A stretch of 50,911 nucleotides of DNA, from positions 1 through 50,911 of the forward strand of contig JBOEGD010000041.1 of NCBI GenBank assembly GCA_050633245.1, given 5' to 3'. Within the stretch, counting starts at the first letter, position 1. The number at the start of each line of letters is the position of its first letter. Positions 44,888 through 50,911 of the stretch are shown piece by piece. The position numbers and the translations under genes are program-made. The notes beneath the pieces are model-generated. The model was not told where the DNA came from. It did not search any database and saw only the letters and a program-made list of their open reading frames with translations. This stretch comes from Calditrichia bacterium (GTDB lineage Bacteria > Calditrichota > Calditrichia > RBG-13-44-9 > J075).

Positions 44888-46564
44888 CTATTTAACCTGA
44901 AAGGAGATACCTTCGGTAGTCCAGCGCTTGCGCACCTTTATTGTATCCGGGAGGAAAAAGAAGGGGTCGGCAAATTGAAATGGAAGACTGTTCCCGGCGT
45001 CCCATTTTCCATTACCATTTTTATCGAGACGCACAACCATACGGTATTTGCCCTCGGGGATATTATTCAGAAGATAAGGCTTAGCCGGGGAAACCTTGCG
45101 TCTTAATCGCTGCTTCGAATTAAACGAGACCACATCAAGAATGACATCGGAACTATCATTTGCTACAGTAATCACGCCCGAGATTTCACCCAGCTGATCG
45201 TGTTGCCAGGTTGTAAACTCTGCCGTATAAACTGAATCGCCCAAAACCTCATCGCGATACGACTTTAGTTTTGCCGTATCGATAACAAGCTCATACCGCC
45301 CATCGCGAGCAAGTGGCGCTGCGGGTACGAAGACTGGGAATCGTCCCCCCGTTTCCTGCCATTCCCCCGCCACGGCAAGGCTATCCTTATCGGTAAGTTG
45401 AACTGCAGCTTGTAAACTGGATTTGCTCAGCGGCTGTGAAACCTCAAGAGACACTCTGGTGTCGAACGGTAATTTGCCCGCCCCTGCCGACGGCACATGT
45501 TTAATAAAGCGTGCTTTTACCGTATCCTCTTTAGTGCTTCCCGAGAAAACAAATTGAATAGTGTCCAGCTTATTACCACTGGTATCCTGCACGCCACCAA
45601 CCACTTCACCAGCGTAGCGTAATTCTTTTTGCGCGGCAGTATAGACAATGACACGAGTCTTATCGGACTTGTCCAGTTCGCTGCCAAAGACCTGAAGCGG
45701 CTGCCGGGTAATACTATCGTTAATGACAACTTTTACAGGAATCGAATCTGCGAGCGGCTCCGAAAAACTCAAACGCAACTGATGAGTATGTACTTTGGAT
45801 GCACGAACAAAGGCGGGCGCCATCAGATCTTCTGAAAACAGCGTCAGATCTAAGCCTGCAATTGACAGATGAGTAGAATCCAACACCACGTCGGCTTGAG
45901 GAATTCCGAGTAGATCTACTCCACGATCGTAGAGGCGATTACGATTTTGATCGCTCAAAGCAAATACGCGATAGTTTCCAGGACGCAAATAAGACATGCG
46001 GTATTCACCGGTTTTGCTTACCTGCGAATAATAAGCGGGCTTGGATTTAAAGATAGAAGAGTCTGAGTAAGCGTCATTCAAATCGTAGACATATATGTAT
46101 GTATTTTCCGGCTGAGAGGCATAAAGTTTACCGGCTATTTCACCCTTATCAATTGTTTCGCCGGTGGAAAAAGGAAGTAGAATTGGCTTTTCGAGATTAT
46201 TGCTGCGTTGATCTTTCACCTCGGTACCAACGGTGAGCAGATAAGTTCGATTTTTCTCCAGTGAGTCACCAATAACAATCCGCAGAGTCTTGCTGTTTTT
46301 CCACTCCAGCTTAAATCCACCCGGAGGTTCTGGCAGCAACCATATTTGGTTGCGCACCGAGCTACGCTCCAGGTTCTCATCAAAACGCAGCTCCAGATAG
46401 TCCAATTCACGAACGTTGGTAGAATCAGCATTCGGAAAAGTGTGAACCACCTGCGGCGGTGTTTTATCTGGCTCCCCACCTTCCGGGGCGCGTCGAACTG
46501 CACATTGCTGCAGGAGAACTACCCCAAAAGTGAGTAACAGAGCAAGCTTAATGGATTTTATCAT
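44888..46564 (-). CDS. Ig-like (Big_5-type) domain lipoprotein
   Basis: Lipobox LQQC followed by P.GG.PD.TPP; FDE, FSTG..ID.G.I.G, PGNYRVFA..D.N.N, DKNGNGKWD.G, VRKRW. Confidence 0.8.
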   Translation of the reverse strand: MIKSIKLALLLTFGVVLLQQCAVRRAPEGGEPDKTPPQVVHTFPNADSTNVRELDYLELRFDENLERSSVRNQIWLLPEPPGGFKLEWKNSKTLRIVIGDSLEKNRTYLLTVGTEVKDQRSNNLEKPILLPFSTGETIDKGEIAGKLYASQPENTYIYVYDLNDAYSDSSIFKSKPAYYSQVSKTGEYRMSYLRPGNYRVFALSDQNRNRLYDRGVDLLGIPQADVVLDSTHLSIAGLDLTLFSEDLMAPAFVRASKVHTHQLRLSFSEPLADSIPVKVVINDSITRQPLQVFGSELDKSDKTRVIVYTAAQKELRYAGEVVGGVQDTSGNKLDTIQFVFSGSTKEDTVKARFIKHVPSAGAGKLPFDTRVSLEVSQPLSKSSLQAAVQLTDKDSLAVAGEWQETGGRFPVFVPAAPLARDGRYELVIDTAKLKSYRDEVLGDSVYTAEFTTWQHDQLGEISGVITVANDSSDVILDVVSFNSKQRLRRKVSPAKPYLLNNIPEGKYRMVVRLDKNGNGKWDAGNSLPFQFADPFFFLPDTIKVRKRWTTEGISFQVK

Positions 46565-46667
46565 GCGGGCTTAACACGTTTTATAGACGTTACTTTTATG
46601 TTTTTCACAATATCGAAGCCTTCAACTGCCTTCCGGTACAGGCAAAACTATTACTTCGCAAAAATGG

Positions 46668-46697
46668 AAAAAGCGGATACCGTTATACGGCATCCGC
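46668..46697 (-). terminator. intrinsic terminator of the ffh-rplS operon
   Basis: Minus strand GCGGATGCCGT-ata-ACGGTATCCGC-TTTTT. Confidence 0.8.
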
Positions 46698-46725
46698 AAT
46701 TCAAATTCCACTAATTCTGTGCTAC

Positions 46726-47073
46726 CTAGACGCGACGCTTTTCTTTGATTCGCGCGGCTTTGCCCTGCAGATTACGCAGGTAGTAGAGCTTGGCGCGACG
46801 AACGCGGCCAATCTTCAGCACTTCAATTTTTGCAATACGAGGTGAATGCAGTGGGAAAACACGTTCAACGCCAATTCCATTCGAAATCTTTCGAACAGTA
46901 AAGGTCGTATTAATGCCGCCACCTTTTCTCTTGATACATACACCATCAAACAGCTGGATACGTTCTTTGTCGCCTTCGATAACTCGCACGTGTACCGAAA
47001 GGGTATCCCCGGCTTTAAACTGCGGGCGGTCGCTAACCAATTGGTTTGCAGTAACCGTGGTGAGGATATCCAT
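46726..47073 (-). CDS. rplS: 50S ribosomal protein L19
   Basis: [41 protein letters not shown]. Confidence 0.98.
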   Translation of the reverse strand: MDILTTVTANQLVSDRPQFKAGDTLSVHVRVIEGDKERIQLFDGVCIKRKGGGINTTFTVRKISNGIGVERVFPLHSPRIAKIEVLKIGRVRRAKLYYLRNLQGKAARIKEKRRV

Positions 47074-47102
47074 GTCGTGCTCCTTTCAACTAACTATAAT
47101 GC

Positions 47103-47822
47103 TTATTTAATTTTATCGTTACGTTTGTTTATTTCATCTAAATAGGCCTGATACAAATCTGGCCGTCTTTTCTTCGTTCTTTCCAGACGCTGTTGCTGTC
47201 TCCACTCATTTATTTTGGCATGATTCCCGGACAGTAATACCGGAGGAACTGCCATATCGCGAAAGACTTCCGGCCTGGTATAATACGTGCAATCAAGCAG
47301 ACCATCTTGAAATGAATCTGTTTTTGCAGACTCGAGGTCGTTTAACACTCCGGGAATTAACCGAACCAAACCGTCGATCATCAGCAGAGCTGGTATTTCT
47401 CCACCGGAGAGCACAAAATCGCCTACCGAGATCTCATCTGTCACCCAGGTTTCGATAACTCGTTCATCGATGGCCTTATAATGCCCGCAGAGAAAGATCA
47501 GGTTTTCGCATTCTGACAACTCTTGAGCGACCTCCTGAGTAAATAATCGTCCTTGCGGCGAAGGGTAAATAACCCTGGCATTTTCCTTTGCTACACCGGG
47601 AATGCTTTCAAAGGCGCGAAACAGTGGTTCTGCCTTAAAGACCATTCCGGGCCCGCCACCATAAGGAGTATCGTCTAGCACCCGATGTTTATCGAGCGCA
47701 AATTGTCTAAGATCGTGGAGCTGAATATCCAGCTCGATTCGCTTCTTTGCCTGCTTTAGGATGCTTTCATCCAGCGGCTGCTGCAGGATATCCGGGAAGG
47801 CGGTCAGTACATCAATATGCAT
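47103..47822 (-). CDS. trmD: tRNA (guanine-N1)-methyltransferase
   Basis: DDTPYGGGPGMV, SPQG, LCGHY..IDER, SVGDFVLSGGE, YTRP, LLSGNH. Confidence 0.98.
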   Translation of the reverse strand: MHIDVLTAFPDILQQPLDESILKQAKKRIELDIQLHDLRQFALDKHRVLDDTPYGGGPGMVFKAEPLFRAFESIPGVAKENARVIYPSPQGRLFTQEVAQELSECENLIFLCGHYKAIDERVIETWVTDEISVGDFVLSGGEIPALLMIDGLVRLIPGVLNDLESAKTDSFQDGLLDCTYYTRPEVFRDMAVPPVLLSGNHAKINEWRQQQRLERTKKRRPDLYQAYLDEINKRNDKIK

Positions 47823-47823
47823 C

Positions 47824-48357
47824 TTAGCCCAACATTCCTTCGATAAGTTCTACGGTCATGCGTCGGTCGGCTACATTAACGTCTTTAATAAACGCTTCTA
47901 CAGCCGGGATAAGGAGTTCCTTATCTCCGTCGCGAACCACATAAATATCGTTGCCGCTATTGGTAAGCACCTCTGTTATTGCTCCAAGGTGATTACCCTT
48001 CTGATCGACGACATTCATATCGATCAGATCATGCACAAAATAGTTATTGTCCGGCAGTTCAATCGCCTGTTCAGCAGGGACAAGAAGGTCTGCTTTTCCA
48101 AACCGTTGCGCTTCATCACGAGAATTAACGCCTCTGAGTTTGAGCAGTGCGGATTTTTGTTGCAACCGCACATCTTCAACAATAAACCCCTGCATTCCGA
48201 AGGACGTTTCGACATAGACCGTCCTCAGCGACTGAAATCGCTGTGGGAATCCGGAATACGGCATAGCTTTTAAGTAACCATCCATACCGTGAGCTTGAAT
48301 AACTTTACCGACGGCAATATGCGTATTGTTTGTTGTAGCCAATGCAATCTCCGCCAA
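47824..48357 (-). CDS. rimM: ribosome maturation factor RimM
   Basis: VGKV..AHG..G, YFVHDLI, NDIYVV, LLIPAV..FI; position in the operon; TTG start approximate. Confidence 0.93.
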   Translation of the reverse strand: MAEIALATTNNTHIAVGKVIQAHGMDGYLKAMPYSGFPQRFQSLRTVYVETSFGMQGFIVEDVRLQQKSALLKLRGVNSRDEAQRFGKADLLVPAEQAIELPDNNYFVHDLIDMNVVDQKGNHLGAITEVLTNSGNDIYVVRDGDKELLIPAVEAFIKDVNVADRRMTVELIEGMLG

Positions 48358-48400
48358 GTCGGACTTGCTTCACTTATGCCTTAACAGCACATGCGAAGCG

Positions 48401-48631
48401 TCATTCAAGTATTTCCAGAACTGCCCGTTTGCCCATTTTTGCTGCAGACGCGCTCAGCAGGGTACGAATAGCCTTTGCAGTCTGTCCGCGTTTCCCGATA
48501 ACCTTTCCAAGGTCACCGTCACCGACTCGCAGTTCGTATACCGTTACGCGTTCGCCTTCCACTTCCGTTACATATACTTCTTCAGGCTTATCAACCAGAT
48601 GTTTGGCAATGAACTCCACAAAGTCTTTCAT
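48401..48631 (-). CDS. khpA: KH-domain RNA-binding protein KhpA (YlqC)
   Basis: [19 protein letters not shown]...[20 protein letters not shown]; AGGAGG before ATG 48631. Confidence 0.95.
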   Translation of the reverse strand: MKDFVEFIAKHLVDKPEEVYVTEVEGERVTVYELRVGDGDLGKVIGKRGQTAKAIRTLLSASAAKMGKRAVLEILE

Positions 48632-48747
48632 CGGGCAAACCTCCTTTAGAGTATTAGGGCCAGAAAAAAACCGCCAGATTGTCACTGATACCAACTGTTC
48701 TTTTTAGAGTCTAGTTCCATACGCTATAGCTTGAACAGCTAAAATCC

Positions 48748-49359
48748 CTACTCACTATCTTTCTTATCTGAGGTATCGTCGCCTTTGTCGGCCGGCTTTT
48801 CTTCCCCTGCACCCTCTTCCGCTGGAGCTTCTTCAGGAGCAGCTTCTGCTTCGGGCTCTGCTGTTTCTTCAGCAGCGGCTTCCGCTTCTTCTGCAGCTTT
48901 TGCGGCTTCTGCTTCGGCCTTAGCAGCATCTTCTGCGGCTTTCGCTTCTGCAGCTTCCTTCTCAGCTTTTTCCTTCTCAGCCTTCTCCTTTGCAGCTTTT
49001 TCAGCAACCTTCTTCGCTTCCATACGCTTAGAGCGATCAGCGACTTGCGCTTCCCACTTTTGCATTTCAGCGTCGATTTGCTCTTCGGTCATGCCTTGAC
49101 GTTTAAGATCGAACTTCAAAACAATTCCTTCGCGGCTCAGCAGATTCTTTACTGTCGGGCTAGGAATAGCTCCTTCGCCCAGCCAATAAAGTGCACGATC
49201 TTCCACTACGTTAACCGTTACCGGATGCGTAAGCGGATTATAGTAGCCAATCTCTTCAATACAGCGTCCATCACGGGGTGCGCGGGCGTCAGCAGCGACA
49301 ATACGGTAGAAAGGGCGCTTTTTACGACCCATTCTACGTAGCCTCAATTTTACAGCCAA
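48748..49359 (-). CDS. rpsP: 30S ribosomal protein S16 with long Ala/Glu/Lys-rich C-terminal extension
   Basis: [37 protein letters not shown]; TTG start with GGAGG. Confidence 0.98.
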   Translation of the reverse strand: MAVKLRLRRMGRKKRPFYRIVAADARAPRDGRCIEEIGYYNPLTHPVTVNVVEDRALYWLGEGAIPSPTVKNLLSREGIVLKFDLKRQGMTEEQIDAEMQKWEAQVADRSKRMEAKKVAEKAAKEKAEKEKAEKEAAEAKAAEDAAKAEAEAAKAAEEAEAAAEETAEPEAEAAPEEAPAEEGAGEEKPADKGDDTSDKKDSE

Positions 49360-49430
49360 TGTGAGTTACCTCCGTTACATATTGTTATTTATGAAAAAAA
49401 GTTTATAATTTCTATTAGTATTTTTTTCCA

Positions 49431-50753
49431 TTACCCAAATGGTAGCTTCATAGCACCGGGCTTGAAGCGCATATTCTTCATTCGCTTCATCATTTTCTTC
49501 ATTTCGCCAAACTGTTTTAGCAGCTGATTCACGTCTTGAACACGAGTTCCGCTGCCGCGGGCAATGCGCTTGCGACGGCTACCGTTAATAATCTCCGGCT
49601 TGCGCCTTTCCTTTAGGGTCATTGAGTTTATAATAGCCTCAACGCGTCCAAAGGCGTTGTCGTCGAGCTGAACATTTTTCAGCTGTTTGCCCATTCCCGG
49701 AATCATTCCCAGCAGGTTTTCAAGCGGCCCCATCTTCTTCAGCTGCTGAAGCTGTGCATAAAAGTCTTCCAGGTTAAACTGATTTTTCAGCAGCTTCTTC
49801 TCGAGCTCCTGAGCCTGCTCAACATCAATATTCTCCTGAGCCTTTTCAACCAGCGAAACCACGTCTCCCATTCCCAGGATTCGCGATGCAAGTCGATCGG
49901 GGTGAAACACCTCAAGTGCATCCAGCTTTTCACCCACGCTCAGAAATTTAATCGGGCGTTCTGTAACGGCGCGAATGGAAAGCGCTGCACCACCTCGGGC
50001 ATCACCATCCATTTTCGTTAATACGACACCGTCAAAGTCCAGCGTGTCGACAAATTCTTTTGCGGTATTCACCGCGTCTTGCCCGGTCATTCCGTCGGCA
50101 ATAAAGAGAATTTCGTGCGGCCCTACTTCTTTTTTGATCTGCCGCAGTTCGTCCATCAACTCCGTATCGACGTGCAGACGTCCGGCGGTATCCAGAATAA
50201 GAAAGTCACAGGATTGTTCCCGCGCATGCTTCAGAGCCTTTTTACAGATTGCCACAGCGTCGGTTGAGTCATCGGAATACACCGGAATATTCAAGCTTTT
50301 CCCCAGCACTTCCAGCTGAGTCTTCGCTGCCGGTCGATACACGTCTGCTGCCGCGAGCATCGGGCGCCTGCCCTTCTTACGCATAAAGCTGGCGAGCTTA
50401 CCGGAAAAGGTTGTTTTACCCGATCCCTGTAGCCCACAGAGCATCACAACCGTTGGCGGAATTCCGGCAACTTTGATCTCGCTATGCGCTGCCCCCATCA
50501 GCTGCACCAATTCGTCGTGCACAATCTTAACGATCTGCTGACCCGGGGTAATGCTCTTTAAAACATCTTCGCCAACTGCCTTTACCTGCACATCAGCGAT
50601 AAACTTTTTGACTACTTTATAGTTTACATCAGCCTCCAAAAGGGCACGGCGGATTTCTTTTAACGAGTCCGAAACATTCTTCTCGTTAATCTTTCCTTTA
50701 CCGCGAACTTTGCGCAGAACTGAATCTAGTCGGGATGATAAATCTTCAAACAT
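49431..50753 (-). CDS. ffh: signal recognition particle protein
   Basis: ALLEADV, GLQGSGKTT, DTAGR, TKMDGDARGG, RILGMGD, SRRKRIA.GSG, Met-rich tail. Confidence 0.99.
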   Translation of the reverse strand: MFEDLSSRLDSVLRKVRGKGKINEKNVSDSLKEIRRALLEADVNYKVVKKFIADVQVKAVGEDVLKSITPGQQIVKIVHDELVQLMGAAHSEIKVAGIPPTVVMLCGLQGSGKTTFSGKLASFMRKKGRRPMLAAADVYRPAAKTQLEVLGKSLNIPVYSDDSTDAVAICKKALKHAREQSCDFLILDTAGRLHVDTELMDELRQIKKEVGPHEILFIADGMTGQDAVNTAKEFVDTLDFDGVVLTKMDGDARGGAALSIRAVTERPIKFLSVGEKLDALEVFHPDRLASRILGMGDVVSLVEKAQENIDVEQAQELEKKLLKNQFNLEDFYAQLQQLKKMGPLENLLGMIPGMGKQLKNVQLDDNAFGRVEAIINSMTLKERRKPEIINGSRRKRIARGSGTRVQDVNQLLKQFGEMKKMMKRMKNMRFKPGAMKLPFG

Positions 50754-50883
50754 ATCCGTTAACCATAGACATCACGAGTAAACTAACCAATAGCCTTGTT
50801 ATAACGCACATTTATGAAGAAAAGTCAAGCACTTTTTTTGATGAACCGATATTTTTGTTGGGTGAAGCGAGGGGCTAGAAGCA

Positions 50884-50911
50884 AGCGGTGAACGGTGAGC
50901 GGTGAGCGGTG
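50884..50911. repeat. heptamer tandem repeat A(G/A)CGGTG, at least 4 copies, running off the window end
   Basis: AGCGGTG AACGGTG AGCGGTG AGCGGTG. Confidence 0.85.

Noticed and set aside
46726-50753. khpA inside ffh-rpsP-rimM-trmD-rplS and the long S16 tail as novelties
   Set aside because: The gene order is widely conserved, and extended S16 proteins are known in FCB-group bacteria and Actinobacteria.
1-50911. Mobile elements, prophage or defence systems
   Set aside because: No transposase, integrase, phage structural, restriction-modification or toxin-antitoxin signatures recognised; DUF429 alone is insufficient.

Overview
A mostly minus-strand, gene-dense bacterial window of moderate GC content, possibly a whole contig: it starts inside a tRNA and ends inside a 7-mer tandem repeat. 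Gene content points to a non-Bacteroidia FCB-type lineage such as Calditrichota, KSB1 or Ignavibacteria (inference). The evidence is six secreted proteins with NYPNPF/PNPY-type T9SS-like C-terminal sorting domains (CTDs), a PorV-family barrel, a long S16 and sigma70/SD-type signals. Left to right: tRNA-Tyr/tRNA-Thr separated by an anomalous 74% GC structured spacer; cold-shock protein; SDR; pepD; nitrilase; CTD-tagged phytase-like, PQQ sugar dehydrogenase-like and unknown proteins; DUF429; M48 protease; serine racemase/dehydratase; a candidate two-hairpin ncRNA; a pseudokinase-REC-AraC regulator; glutathione peroxidase; a TonB receptor with two paralogous lipoproteins; HDAC-family enzyme; GAF histidine kinase; STAS protein; two lytic transglycosylases; a 12.7-kb [CTD protein]-[TonB-type receptor]-[variant-CTD protein]-[PorV-family barrel]-[CTD protein] surface module behind a putative sigma54/IHF promoter; short tandem repeats; manC; dapF; an Ig-like lipoprotein; and the ffh-rpsP-khpA-rimM-trmD-rplS operon. 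The best candidate for an undescribed system is the TBDR/variant-CTD/PorV module. No transposase, integrase, CRISPR array or rRNA is evident. All family calls come from motif recognition by eye, not database searches.
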